Below are positions 35,305-44,848 of a stretch of DNA of 64,000 bases, piece after piece. The position numbers were made by a program, and so were the translations under genes. Every line of letters begins with the position of its first letter. Positions within the stretch are counted from its first letter, which is position 1. Location of the stretch: NCBI GenBank assembly GCA_017642445.1, contig JAGCPA010000077.1, positions 13,661 through 77,660 on the forward strand, in the 5' to 3' direction. This stretch comes from Spirochaetia bacterium (GTDB lineage: Bacteria; Spirochaetota; Spirochaetia; CADAEX01). The notes under the pieces were generated by a model. It searched no databases. It was not told the origin of the DNA and saw only the letters and a list, made by a program, of their open reading frames with translations.

Positions 35305-37049
35305 AAAAAACATCAGAGACACTTCCAAAATGGAATCTGACTAACATCTACAAAAATTTTGATGACCCCTCCTACGAGGGCGATATAAAGGATTATCTTG
35401 CGCTGTGCGCAGAGCTCAAGACTCTCCTTTCCAAAGTGAAGAAAGAGGCTCTGGAGGAGGCGGTACAGCTTCTGGGGCGGGCCATGGATCTTATGGAGAA
35501 CCTCTTCTCCTACGCCTATGCTGTCTTCTCGGTGAATACCGGCGACAACCGTGCTTTGCGTGAGGTATCCCGGCTTGAGGAGGCGCACCAGAAGCTGGCC
35601 GAGTGCTTTGTCCTCTTCAACAGCCTGGTAAAAAAGCATAAGAAAGATATCCCTGCCCTGCTCAGGAAAAGCCCGATCCTTGCTGAGCGGGCCCAGTTCA
35701 TAAAGGATTCCCTGCTGGAGGCTGAGCACCAGATGTCGGATGCCGAGGAGGCCCTGGCTCAGGAGCTCAAGGCAGCAGGAGGCGATGCGTGGGGAAGGCT
35801 TCAGGAGGCTGTCTCTTCTTCCCTTTCGGGCGACGGAAAGAGCATTACAGAGCTCCGCAACCTGGCCTTTGACAGGAGCCGCAGTGTGCGCAAAAAGGCC
35901 TACGAGGCAGAGCTTGCCGCCTGGAAGAGCATGGAGATACCGCTGGCCTACTCCCTGAATGGAGTTAAGAAGACTGCGGCGACACTGGAGAATAGGCGCA
36001 GCTGGAAGAGCGCTCTGGAGAAATCTCTGTTCCAGTCGCGCATGTCGGCCAAGACTCTGGATGCGATGATCTCTGTCATGGAGGAGTCGCTTCCGGAGTT
36101 CCGCAAATACCTTAAGAAGAAGGCAGAGCTCCTGGGTATAAAGCAGCTGGCCTTCTACGACCTTTTTGCCCCTATCTCCGAAAAAGGTTTCAAGCCGAAA
36201 GTATGGAGCTTTGACGAGGCCAGGGATTACATAATCCAGACCTTCGGAAGCTTTGCAGATGACATGGGGCTTTTCGCAAAGAACGCCTTTGCAAATGGCT
36301 GGATAGACTCGCCGCCGCACACCGGCAAGGTTGGCGGAGCCTACTGCACATCGTTCCCTATCGCCAAGGAATCGCGTGTGATGTGCAACTTCAGCCCCAC
36401 ATTCTCTGGGGTATCGACTATTGCCCACGAGCTGGGACATGCCTACCACTTCCACCTCTTGCGTGAGGAGTGCGCATTCTCCCGGGCCTATCCTATGACA
36501 CTGGCCGAGACTGCATCCATCTTCTCCGAGACTATGCTGTACAATTGTACAATAAGCAAGGCAAAAGGATTCGAGAAGAAGTACCTGACCGAGATGTTCC
36601 TGATGGAGGTGACCCAGGTCATTGTTGACATACTGTGCCGCTTCTACTTTGAGAAGGCTGTGTTCGAGAAGCAGAAAGAGGGACCGCTCTCTGCCGGCGA
36701 CTTGTGCAATATGATGCTGGATGCCCAGAAGGCGACCTACGGCGATGCACTTGATCCAAAGCAGCTGCATCCATATATGTGGGCAGTGAAGTGCCACTAC
36801 TACAGCCCGGACCTGGGGTTCTACAACTATCCTTATGCCTTCGGACAGCTTTTCTCCATAGGGCTTTATGCAAAGTATCTTGAGGACAAGAAGAGGTTCC
36901 CTGCCCTCTATAGGAAAGTGCTCATGGCAACAGGGCGCACCGATATAAAAGGTGTGGCAAAGCTTGCCGGCATAGATGTCGAGAAAAAGGATTTCTTCCA
37001 GGAGAGTATGAACTTTATAACCAGGATGATACGGAGCTTTCTGCGCTGA
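35301..37049 (+). CDS. pepF: M3B oligoendopeptidase F
   Basis: 582 aa with the zinc motif HELGHAYHF and the M3B pattern throughout. Confidence 0.9.
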   Translation: MKKTSETLPKWNLTNIYKNFDDPSYEGDIKDYLALCAELKTLLSKVKKEALEEAVQLLGRAMDLMENLFSYAYAVFSVNTGDNRALREVSRLEEAHQKLAECFVLFNSLVKKHKKDIPALLRKSPILAERAQFIKDSLLEAEHQMSDAEEALAQELKAAGGDAWGRLQEAVSSSLSGDGKSITELRNLAFDRSRSVRKKAYEAELAAWKSMEIPLAYSLNGVKKTAATLENRRSWKSALEKSLFQSRMSAKTLDAMISVMEESLPEFRKYLKKKAELLGIKQLAFYDLFAPISEKGFKPKVWSFDEARDYIIQTFGSFADDMGLFAKNAFANGWIDSPPHTGKVGGAYCTSFPIAKESRVMCNFSPTFSGVSTIAHELGHAYHFHLLREECAFSRAYPMTLAETASIFSETMLYNCTISKAKGFEKKYLTEMFLMEVTQVIVDILCRFYFEKAVFEKQKEGPLSAGDLCNMMLDAQKATYGDALDPKQLHPYMWAVKCHYYSPDLGFYNYPYAFGQLFSIGLYAKYLEDKKRFPALYRKVLMATGRTDIKGVAKLAGIDVEKKDFFQESMNFITRMIRSFLR

Positions 37050-39114
37050 AGACCTTGGCTATATCCTCAGCATTCTTGGCCTCTAAGATCTTCTTTCTGT
37101 TCTCTTCCTGACTCAGCACTCCTGATACTGCCGAAAGGACCTGAAGATGCGGCGATGCCTCATCGGTAGGTGATGCGATAAGGACAAAGATTGTAGAGGG
37201 CAGACCGTCCAGAGAGTCGAACTCGATTCCGCTTTTCTTCCTTCCTATTGCGACTGTAAGGTGCTTCACCCCTTCGCTCTTGGCATGCGGGAATGCGATT
37301 CCATGCTCCATGCCAGTGCTCATCTTCTGCTCCCTCTGCATTATGTCGTCCAGGAGAACCTGTCTGTCGGTGATGTTGGGTGATGTGCTGACCAGATCGA
37401 CAAGCTCAAGGATTGCCTCATCCTTGTTGTTTGCCTTGAGGTTGCAGATTATAAGATCCTTGGAGATCCTTCCCTGGAGAACCTCCACATCCACCTTCTT
37501 CTCCTTGGTCTCGGCCGATTCCTTCCTTGCCTCTGCCACAGCCTCCATCTGCTGCTGGGTGCTCTGCTCGGTGTCCATGAAACGGAGGAGGACTTCGTAC
37601 ATAGAGGTCTTGAGGAACTGCTCGTGGCGCTCCTTGGTGGTTATGTCGATTCCCTTGCCATGCTGTGTTATTGTGAAGACCATCCGGTTCATCCGGGCAT
37701 GGTAGATACCTTTATCGCTGTCGATGGTGAGTACGAAGAAGCCGTCCTTGCGGAGGTCTGTGATAAGCATATATGTAACCAGGTCGGCAATCTCCCTGGT
37801 CTTGAAATCCCAGTGGCATGTCTTTGTGGCAGAGCTCTTGAGCTCTTTCCTTGTGCCCCGCTGCTTGCTCTTGAGGATGATGCTGAGGGCCGGAGGAGCT
37901 ATGATTGTGGTGACCAGTGTCATCATGATGACAACGCCGAAAAGCTGCTCATCCAATATTCCTGCAGTTATTCCGATACCTGCTATGATAAGGGCAACCT
38001 CGCCACGCGGAACCATACCGCATCCTATGCGGAGCGCACCATGGATATTGAATCCAAGATAGAGAGCCGGCCATCCGCATCCTATAAGCTTTCCAAGGAT
38101 ACAAGCCACTGTGTAGACCAGGCCGAACAGGAGGACATGGGCATCGAAAAGCTTTGCAACATGGACCATCATACCCATTACACAGAAGAAGAGCGGCACC
38201 AGGAATGCGGTGACACCCTCAAGCCGGTCGAGTATTATAGGGGCTATGTCGGTGCGGGATAGAGCAAGACCTGTTATGTAGGCGCCGATGATCATGGCAA
38301 GACCCTGTTTCTCGAATATTCCTGCAAGGAGCAGGGCAATGCCGAATGCGAAAATTGAGAAATCGTAGGAGCTGCGGAACTTCTTGAGTAGGATCGCAAT
38401 GCTCTTTGAGCAGATAAGTGCCAATGCAGAAAGGCCCAGCCAGATGCCGAAGGCACGGAATGCTATGTTGAGTATGGCAGAAGAGTTCAGATGACTGCTG
38501 CTTCCAGACTGGTTCACTGCGGCGACAAGGCCCATCACTATGGCCAGGAGCACGATACCAAGAACATCGTCGAATACTGCGGCGGCAAGGGTTGTGACAC
38601 CCTCGGGGGAATCCATCTTCTTCCTGTCCGATATGATGCGGGCTGTTATTCCTACCGATGTGGCTGTGGACATGATTCCGAAAAAGAGGCACCGCTCGTC
38701 CCAGAAGTGGGTGTGGAGAACTGCCATGCATGTCGCTGCGCCGAAGATGAAGGAGAATACTACGCCTGAGATACCGATTATTCCTCCCCTCACAGAATAG
38801 CGGAGGAAGAGGCCGAGGTCGGTCTCAAGGCCGGAGTTGAACAGAAGGATGATGGATGCGACCATGGCAAAGCCATAGAGCTCCGGAGTTACGGCCAGCG
38901 ATTCGGAATAGACAGGGAAAAGTCCGTGCGGAAAGCCTGGAAGCGGGATTGCGCCCAGGGCGAAAGGCCCTATGACAACACCGGATAAAAGCTCGCCTAT
39001 TACAGACGGGAAACCGAGCCTCTCGGCAAGGCTTCCGAATATCTTGACTGCGAATATAATGATACTGATCTGAAATATAAGAGTGGTCATAAGACCAGTG
39101 ATCTGTCCTTCCAT
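37015..39114 (-). CDS. Cation:proton antiporter (CPA2/Kef-like) fused to a C-terminal PTS EIIA(Ntr/Fru-type) domain
   Basis: The N-terminal ~400 aa is a polytopic Na_H_exchanger-like domain. The C-terminus (ILELVDLV...GMEHGIAFPHAKSEGV...VFVLIASP) is EIIA-2-like with the His in FPHAK. Confidence 0.8.
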   Translation of the reverse strand: MEGQITGLMTTLIFQISIIIFAVKIFGSLAERLGFPSVIGELLSGVVIGPFALGAIPLPGFPHGLFPVYSESLAVTPELYGFAMVASIILLFNSGLETDLGLFLRYSVRGGIIGISGVVFSFIFGAATCMAVLHTHFWDERCLFFGIMSTATSVGITARIISDRKKMDSPEGVTTLAAAVFDDVLGIVLLAIVMGLVAAVNQSGSSSHLNSSAILNIAFRAFGIWLGLSALALICSKSIAILLKKFRSSYDFSIFAFGIALLLAGIFEKQGLAMIIGAYITGLALSRTDIAPIILDRLEGVTAFLVPLFFCVMGMMVHVAKLFDAHVLLFGLVYTVACILGKLIGCGWPALYLGFNIHGALRIGCGMVPRGEVALIIAGIGITAGILDEQLFGVVIMMTLVTTIIAPPALSIILKSKQRGTRKELKSSATKTCHWDFKTREIADLVTYMLITDLRKDGFFVLTIDSDKGIYHARMNRMVFTITQHGKGIDITTKERHEQFLKTSMYEVLLRFMDTEQSTQQQMEAVAEARKESAETKEKKVDVEVLQGRISKDLIICNLKANNKDEAILELVDLVSTSPNITDRQVLLDDIMQREQKMSTGMEHGIAFPHAKSEGVKHLTVAIGRKKSGIEFDSLDGLPSTIFVLIASPTDEASPHLQVLSAVSGVLSQEENRKKILEAKNAEDIAKVFSAESSVSSWL

Positions 39115-39190
39115 TATCGTGACTCCAAGTAAATGGTATCTCTTTTTGTTAAACTTTACAACTCGCTTTTGCCATGATATAATTCAATAA

Positions 39191-39847
39191 ATGAGGAAAA
39201 TATTTTCCCTCTTATTTATAATCATTATCTCCGCATCCAGCCTGGAAGCCCAAGGGGTAAGCCGGATGACCTATTTCGCCCATCTTTTCGGCATATCTTT
39301 CGACACAACACAGGAGATTCCGGACCGGGAACTGTCGATCATATATTTTATCCTTGACAACACCGAGGAATATCATATCCACTGCATGAGGGGCGAGGAG
39401 CAGAACCAGGTATTTGTCAGACCTGACGGCACAGTTGTTGTATTTGACAAGAATCATCATCAGGTGACCAACTACAACCGGGGAACTATTCGTATAGCCC
39501 GTAAGAACGACCCCATAGGACACTTTATCCTGGATACCCAGCCATGGCTCAACTTCGGTGTGGACTCAAACGATCCAACTTCCATAGAGGAGCGGCTCGA
39601 GGCCTATCTTAAAGATATGCAGAATTCCATATTCGTGTTCCTGTTCCACCGCAAGGGAGATCCGATCAAGCAGATCCACTACAGCGACCTGGATCAGGTG
39701 GATAAAGAGGTATGCCACTTCTTCTACCAGATGCTTTTCAACAAATCATACAAGATTCAGCTGACCGATGAGAATATAGCCAAGATGCACAAAAGCCCAA
39801 ACCTGTGGTCAAAGTACTGTCATCAGATATTCAATCTGTTCTTCTGA
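39191..39847 (+). CDS. Secreted hypothetical protein
   Basis: Has a signal peptide (MRKIFSLLFIIIISASSLEAQG). I recognise no family. Confidence 0.5.
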   Translation: MRKIFSLLFIIIISASSLEAQGVSRMTYFAHLFGISFDTTQEIPDRELSIIYFILDNTEEYHIHCMRGEEQNQVFVRPDGTVVVFDKNHHQVTNYNRGTIRIARKNDPIGHFILDTQPWLNFGVDSNDPTSIEERLEAYLKDMQNSIFVFLFHRKGDPIKQIHYSDLDQVDKEVCHFFYQMLFNKSYKIQLTDENIAKMHKSPNLWSKYCHQIFNLFF

Positions 39848-39857
39848 ACAGGGGAAT

Positions 39858-39886
39858 AAAAAAACCCGCACCGGGAAGTGCGGGCT
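39858..39886. terminator. Bidirectional rho-independent terminator
   Basis: An A-run, CCCGCAC, loop cgggaa, GTGCGGG. On the minus strand a T-run follows, so it terminates the tRNA operon. Confidence 0.65.
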
Positions 39887-39898
39887 GTTGTAAGAAGG

Positions 39899-39970
39899 CA
39901 TCTCCTACAGGAATCGAACCTGTGTTGACGGGATGAAAACCCGTTGTCCTAACCCCTAGACGAAGGAGAC
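39899..39970 (-). tRNA. tRNA-Glu (anticodon UUC)
   Basis: The reverse complement is GTCTCCTTCGTCTAGGGGTTAGGACAACGGGTTTTCATCCCGTCAACACAGGTTCGATTCCTGTAGGAGATG. It folds as a cloverleaf and aligns with canonical tRNA-Glu. The anticodon loop is TTTTCAT. Confidence 0.9.
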
Positions 39971-39976
39971 GCGTCT

Positions 39977-40049
39977 TGAGCTGCAATGGATTCGAACCAT
40001 TGACCCACGCCTTAAAAGGGCGTTGCTCTACCAGCTGAGCTAGCAGCCC
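39977..40049 (-). tRNA. tRNA-Lys (anticodon UUU)
   Basis: The reverse complement is GGGCTGCTAGCTCAGCTGGTAGAGCAACGCCCTTTTAAGGCGTGGGTCAATGGTTCGAATCCATTGCAGCTCA. The anticodon loop is CTTTTAA. Confidence 0.9.
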
Positions 40050-40120
40050 AAAACAATAAATGCAACGACAAAAATCTATCAAGAAAGAGCGATAATGTCA
40101 ACTATTGCATCTGTTTTAAA

Positions 40121-40206
40121 TGCCGGAGGCGGAACTCGAATCCGCAAGGCTTTTAAGGGCCGGGGGATTTTAAGTCCCCTGTGTCTACCAATTTCACCAC
40201 TCCGGC
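40121..40206 (-). tRNA. tRNA-Leu (anticodon UAA), long variable arm
   Basis: The reverse complement is GCCGGAGTGGTGAAATTGGTAGACACAGGGGACTTAAAATCCCC...GGATTCGAGTTCCGCCTCCGGCA. The anticodon loop is CTTAAAA. Confidence 0.9.
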
Positions 40207-40216
40207 GGGTCTATTT

Positions 40217-40245
40217 ATTTTACTTTTCCAGGCCTCGACCGTCAA
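40217..40245 (-). promoter_or_regulatory. Sigma70-type promoter of the tRNA-Leu/Lys/Glu operon
   Basis: The minus strand reads TTGACG, a 17-nt spacer, then TAAAAT. It ends 10 nt upstream of the tRNA-Leu 5' end. Confidence 0.6.
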
Positions 40246-40300
40246 GAGATAATTTGAATAAACCGTTTACAAAACAGGATAAAAGGAATACCCTTTCAGC

Positions 40301-41137
40301 ATGAGCATGACAGAAGAAGTTGCCCAGCATGTGCACCTGTACAGGGGCATTGCAGATACACATACACACCTTATCCTGTGGCAGACCAAGGAGATGGACT
40401 GGAAAGCCCTGTTCCAGACCTGCGTTGACAATGGCCTTGAGTTGGCTCTGGATGTCGGGACCAACACCGACACCTTCGAAGAGAGGCTTACAATGGTGAG
40501 CCAGTTTGACCAGCTGTACATAACAGACGGCCTTTCGGTGAGCAAGTCGGAGCTGCCTGAAGACGACCTCAAGAGGCGGCTTGGGGAGCTTGAGAAGCAG
40601 GTGGCAGAACACCGGGGCAAAGGCAAGCTTGTGGCTGTGGGCGAGATAGGCCTTGACAACCACTTCGAGTACGGCGGTGTGCAGGCTCAGAAGGAGCTGT
40701 TCGCTGCCCAGCTGGATATTGCAAAACAGTTCGACCTGCCTGTTGTAATACACACACGGGAGGCAGACCCCGACACCTTCTCCATGCTGGCAAGCGCAAA
40801 GCTGAGCCGGGCCGGGATAATACACTGCTTCTCAAGTGACTGGGAATGGGCAAGGAAGTACCTGGACCTGGGGTTCTATATCTCATTCTCGGGCAATGTG
40901 ACATACAAAAAGTCAGAAAGCATTCAGGAGGCTGCAGCCAAGGTGCCGACCGACCGGATCCTGGCCGAGACCGACGCTCCGTTCCTGACCCCGCAGAAGG
41001 TGCGGAAGTACCCCAACTGGAGCGGCTTTATAGGCTACACCTACGACTGCATAGCGGCCTTGCGCGGCACCTTGCCGGAGGAACTTGCGGTACAGGTGAC
41101 ACAGAATTTCCGCACTTTAATGGGGCTTACAAAGTGA
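40301..41137 (+). CDS. tatD: TatD-family metal-dependent hydrolase
   Basis: ADTHTHL, GEIGLDNHF, VVIHTREA, IIHCFS and LAETDAPFL are the TatD motifs. Confidence 0.85.
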   Translation: MSMTEEVAQHVHLYRGIADTHTHLILWQTKEMDWKALFQTCVDNGLELALDVGTNTDTFEERLTMVSQFDQLYITDGLSVSKSELPEDDLKRRLGELEKQVAEHRGKGKLVAVGEIGLDNHFEYGGVQAQKELFAAQLDIAKQFDLPVVIHTREADPDTFSMLASAKLSRAGIIHCFSSDWEWARKYLDLGFYISFSGNVTYKKSESIQEAAAKVPTDRILAETDAPFLTPQKVRKYPNWSGFIGYTYDCIAALRGTLPEELAVQVTQNFRTLMGLTK

Positions 41138-41775
41138 TAAAGCATGTTCTGATGGATGTGGACCACACCCTGTACCCGCGCTCCTCCGGGGTCGAGGGTG
41201 CTATGGTGGTGCGCATAAACAAGTTCGTGGGCGAGTACCTTGGAGTCTCCGCCGAGGAGGCGGCCAGGATGAGGGCAGAGCGCCCCGCCGGGGTCTATGC
41301 CAGCACCCTCGACTGGCTGCAGCGCAAGTATGGCTTCACCGATATCTACGCTTACTTCAGGGCTATCCACCCCACCAAGTTCTGGGAGCATTTTCCAAAG
41401 AATTCAGAGCTTATACTCATGCTGGACAAGCTAAAGGTCCCCTGCTCCATATACACAAACTCCTGGGCCAACCACGCCCTCAATGTCATGGACTACCTTG
41501 AGATAACTCCTTTCTTCAGAAAGATCTACGACCTCCCCTTCTGCCATTTTATTGGAAAGCCAGACCCACGGTCGTTCCGCTATGTGCTTGAGGACCTGAA
41601 ACTTGAGCCGTCGGAGGTGCTCCTTGCTGACGATGCTCCCGATACTATAATCGCATACACAAAAATAGGGGGCAAAGGAGTCCTGGTGGATGAGAACCTC
41701 AAACCACGGCAGAACTTCCCTGCCCCCATCATCAAAGAAATAACTCAGCTCACTCAGTTCACCGAGCTTTTCTGA
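41134..41775 (+). CDS. HAD-superfamily hydrolase (pyrimidine 5'-nucleotidase-like)
   Basis: The DxDxT motif appears in VIKHVLMDVDHTLY. GTG 41134 overlaps the tatD stop. The long N-terminal extension in the ORF track (40846) overlaps tatD and is rejected. Confidence 0.75.
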   Translation: MIKHVLMDVDHTLYPRSSGVEGAMVVRINKFVGEYLGVSAEEAARMRAERPAGVYASTLDWLQRKYGFTDIYAYFRAIHPTKFWEHFPKNSELILMLDKLKVPCSIYTNSWANHALNVMDYLEITPFFRKIYDLPFCHFIGKPDPRSFRYVLEDLKLEPSEVLLADDAPDTIIAYTKIGGKGVLVDENLKPRQNFPAPIIKEITQLTQFTELF

Positions 41776-41778
41776 AGA

Positions 41779-42141
41779 TCACATATTCCGTGTGACCACA
41801 ATATTGACATCTGTATCCAGAATATTGGCAGCAACCACGTCGCCAGCCACTACAGGAGACTTAAGATCCAGGCTGTTGATCACATCCATGCACTTGAACT
41901 TGAGCTTCTCCGGGATAGGCTTGTCTGTCTTTACAGGAACCACAGGATGCACACCGCCTTTGATCCGTGCTGTGGAGCAGATCATGCGCCGCGGGTCTGT
42001 CACCTCGTTCTTGCCATAAACTTCACCACGCTTGCAGGTGTTGCCTGAAACATTGATATTGTCCCCGCATACTGTGACTGTAAGTCTGCAGCCCATAGGA
42101 CAGGAGACACATACTAATTTCTTCTCATAACAGCATTCCAT
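41779..42141 (-). CDS. DUF1667 domain protein
   Basis: 120 aa with CVSCPMGCRLTV...GNTCKRG. It is the usual third member of the GlpA-like oxidoreductase trio. Confidence 0.8.
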   Translation of the reverse strand: MECCYEKKLVCVSCPMGCRLTVTVCGDNINVSGNTCKRGEVYGKNEVTDPRRMICSTARIKGGVHPVVPVKTDKPIPEKLKFKCMDVINSLDLKSPVVAGDVVAANILDTDVNIVVTRNM

Positions 42142-42142
42142 T

Positions 42143-43411
42143 TTATTTCTCCTCCTCTGGCTCTACAGTGATTCCAATCTCTTTTCCAGCCATTCCCTTG
42201 AAGATAGAGGATGGAACTGTAAGCTTTATCATCTCGCCCGGGGTCAGGAACGGCTTCTTGTACCGGCCCAGCTCCTTGCCGCCTTCGGTCACTACCAGAT
42301 AGCACTTGCCGAACACACGGTCAACTCTCATGAGGATGTCGAACTTGTCGCCAAGGTTCTCTGGTCTGAACATGTGTGGAACTGCATAGGAAAGGCCGCC
42401 TGCAACCTTGAATGTGTTGGGCTGTGAGTTCTTTGTGATCTCTCCCTTGATGTAGAGTGCCGCATTCTTTCCTGCCTTGCGGCTCTCTTCGGTCACGAAG
42501 TCCACCAGGTCGTGCACATGCACTACGTTTCCGCAGGCAAACACACCTTCCATCGATGTCTCCATGGATTCGGTGACAACAGGGCCCGATGTCTTCCGGT
42601 CGATCTTTATTCCGACCTGCCGTGACAGCTCGTTCTCCGGTATAAGTCCTACAGAGAGGAGCACTGTGTCGCATGCATACTCTTTCTCGGTGCCAGGGAT
42701 CACTGCCTTGGTCTTCTTGTCGCATTCTGCGACTACAACCTTCTCCACCCTCTCCTTGCCGTAGATTCCTACGATGTTGTGGCTGTACCACATTGGGATA
42801 TTGTAGTGGTCAAGGCACTGAACTACGTTTCTGGTAAGGCCTTTCGGGAAGGAGCTTCTTGCAACTACGGCGATAACCTCGCCCCCCTCGAGCACGATAC
42901 GGCGTGCCATGATCATTCCGATGTCTCCGGAGCCCAGGATGATGACCTTCTTGCCCACCATCTGACCTTCGATGTTTATATACCGCTGTGCAGCACCTGC
43001 AGTGAATACGCCCGACGGTCTGTCGCCTGCGATTCCGATGCCGCTTCTTGTCCTCTCGCGGCAGCCCATTGCCAGTACTATAGCCTTGGCCTTGAGCTCG
43101 AAGATTCCCTGCTTGCTGTTCATCACAGTCAGTGTCTTATCCTGTGCAATGTCCAGTACAATTGTATCAAGGAAGTACTTGATCTCTGTATCCTTGGTCA
43201 TGTTTATAAAGCGCTGTGCATACTCAGGACCGGTGAGCTCCTCTTTGAACACATGGAGTCCGAATCCGTTGTGGATGCACTGCTGCAGGATTCCACCCGG
43301 CTCAACATCGCGCTCTACAATAGCGATACTCTTGATTCCGTTGTTATATGCCTCAAGGGCAGCTGCCATTCCAGCAGGACCGCCGCCTACTACTACTAAA
43401 TCAAAATTCAC
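42143..43411 (-). CDS. FAD/NAD(P)-dependent pyridine nucleotide-disulfide-type oxidoreductase
   Basis: Has two Rossmann GxGxxG motifs (VVVGGGPAGMAAA, ILGSGDIGM). Confidence 0.8.
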   Translation of the reverse strand: MNFDLVVVGGGPAGMAAALEAYNNGIKSIAIVERDVEPGGILQQCIHNGFGLHVFKEELTGPEYAQRFINMTKDTEIKYFLDTIVLDIAQDKTLTVMNSKQGIFELKAKAIVLAMGCRERTRSGIGIAGDRPSGVFTAGAAQRYINIEGQMVGKKVIILGSGDIGMIMARRIVLEGGEVIAVVARSSFPKGLTRNVVQCLDHYNIPMWYSHNIVGIYGKERVEKVVVAECDKKTKAVIPGTEKEYACDTVLLSVGLIPENELSRQVGIKIDRKTSGPVVTESMETSMEGVFACGNVVHVHDLVDFVTEESRKAGKNAALYIKGEITKNSQPNTFKVAGGLSYAVPHMFRPENLGDKFDILMRVDRVFGKCYLVVTEGGKELGRYKKPFLTPGEMIKLTVPSSIFKGMAGKEIGITVEPEEEK

Positions 43412-43420
43412 GGTGCCCTC

Positions 43421-44848
43421 CTACTTTGTCTTCCCAGTAAGGATGTATGATCCTTTCTTATCCAGCACAATATCCTTCCATTCGCATCCAAGCTCCCGTG
43501 CAAGGATCTCGTGCACCTTAGGTCCGCAGAAACCACCCTGGCACCGGCCCATTCCCGGACGGCAACGCCGCTTTATGGCATCCAGTGTGACAGCTGGAAT
43601 CGGGCGGTGGATCTCATCCACAATCTCGCCCTCGGTAATACGCTCGCAGCGGCAGATGATACGGCCGTAGCGCGGGTCTTTCTTTACCAGCGCAGCCTGC
43701 TCTACTGGAGAGAGCTCCATGAATACAGTCCGCTTCACAATCGGGTTGAACTCTTTCTTAGGATTCAGTGCAATGCCGCAGTTCTTTACAATGTCCACTA
43801 CATAGAGGGCAATCGCTGGGGCTGCGGAAAGTCCAGGGGACTTGATTCCTGCAACGTCGATGAACTTAGGTGCATCCTTAACCTCGCGGATGACAAAGTC
43901 GCCTGTGGAAGGTTCGGCACGCATACCTGCGAAGTTTCTTATGCAGTTTCTGGTGGTGATGGTTGGAACCAGCTTGGAGCAGCCCTGACGCACTCTGTTA
44001 AGAGCCTCGTCTGTTGTTCCGGTGTCGTCCCTGTCCTGGTCCACATCGCTTGTAGGTCCAAGGATTACGTTGCCATGCACAGAGCGGGCAACCAGGATAC
44101 CCTTTCCGTTCTTGTCAGGACATGGGAAAAGGACAGACTGGATCTTGTCGTTCTCGCTCTTGTCCAGGAGGAAGTACTGTCCGATCTTAGGTGTTATGCT
44201 GAAGTCCGGCTTTGCGACCATGTTGTGGATGATGTCGGAGTAGACACCAGCCGCGTTGATGACGCACTTTGCCTCAACATCGCCTGCATCGCTGTGGATT
44301 ATATAGCCGCCGGCTGTCTTCTCGATGGAGTCAACCTTATAGTTCAGCTTATAGTCTGCGCCGTTCATCACAGCGTTCTCCATAAGAGCTGTGGTAAGGA
44401 GCATCGGATCTACAACTCCGGCTGTAGGGGCATAGAGGGCAGCCTTTGCATCTGGGCTTGCCGCAGGCTCCTTCTCGAGGAGTTTCTTTACATCTACAAT
44501 CTCAAGGCCTGGAATGCCGTTCTTCTTTCCTCTCTCCAGGAGAACCTTCAGGGTCTCCACCTGCTCATCAGTAAAAGCAACTACAAAAGAGCCGCACCGG
44601 TTGAACGGAACAGAGAGCTCCTTGCAGAGTTTATCAAACATCGGGTTGCCTTCGCTGTTAAGCTTAGCCATAAGTGTACCCGGCTCTGGATCGTATCCAG
44701 CATGTACTATAGAAGAGTTGGCTTTGGATGTTCCTGCGCATACGTCGTTTCCTTTATCAACCACGATAAGCTTGAGCTGATATCTGGAAAGCTCCCTGGC
44801 AATGGCAGCACCTACTACGCCAGCACCTATGATTGCTATGTCGTACAT
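43421..44848 (-). CDS. FAD-dependent oxidoreductase, glycerol-3-phosphate dehydrogenase-like, with BFD-like [2Fe-2S] domain
   Basis: YDIAIIGAGVVGAAIARELS, and the C-terminal CRCERITEGEIVD...RCRPGMGRCQGGFC. Confidence 0.8.
   Translation of the reverse strand: MYDIAIIGAGVVGAAIARELSRYQLKLIVVDKGNDVCAGTSKANSSIVHAGYDPEPGTLMAKLNSEGNPMFDKLCKELSVPFNRCGSFVVAFTDEQVETLKVLLERGKKNGIPGLEIVDVKKLLEKEPAASPDAKAALYAPTAGVVDPMLLTTALMENAVMNGADYKLNYKVDSIEKTAGGYIIHSDAGDVEAKCVINAAGVYSDIIHNMVAKPDFSITPKIGQYFLLDKSENDKIQSVLFPCPDKNGKGILVARSVHGNVILGPTSDVDQDRDDTGTTDEALNRVRQGCSKLVPTITTRNCIRNFAGMRAEPSTGDFVIREVKDAPKFIDVAGIKSPGLSAAPAIALYVVDIVKNCGIALNPKKEFNPIVKRTVFMELSPVEQAALVKKDPRYGRIICRCERITEGEIVDEIHRPIPAVTLDAIKRRCRPGMGRCQGGFCGPKVHEILARELGCEWKDIVLDKKGSYILTGKTK

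Noticed and set aside
35313-36797. 494-aa minus-strand ORF antisense to pepF
   Set aside because: pepF has the HELGH zinc motif and an M3B pattern across its whole length. The antisense product is Leu/Gly/Arg-rich with no motifs.
37015-37049. 35-nt convergent overlap of the pepF and antiporter 3' ends as a possible regulatory antisense arrangement
   Set aside because: Short convergent 3' overlaps are common in compact genomes. There is no additional structure such as a hairpin or conserved motif in the overlap.
40846-41133. Long N-terminal extension of the HAD hydrolase ORF (ORF track start 40846)
   Set aside because: The extension overlaps the tatD coding frame for ~290 nt and translates to Pro/Gly/Arg-rich sequence. 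The HAD DxDxT motif sits right after GTG 41134, which overlaps the tatD stop.
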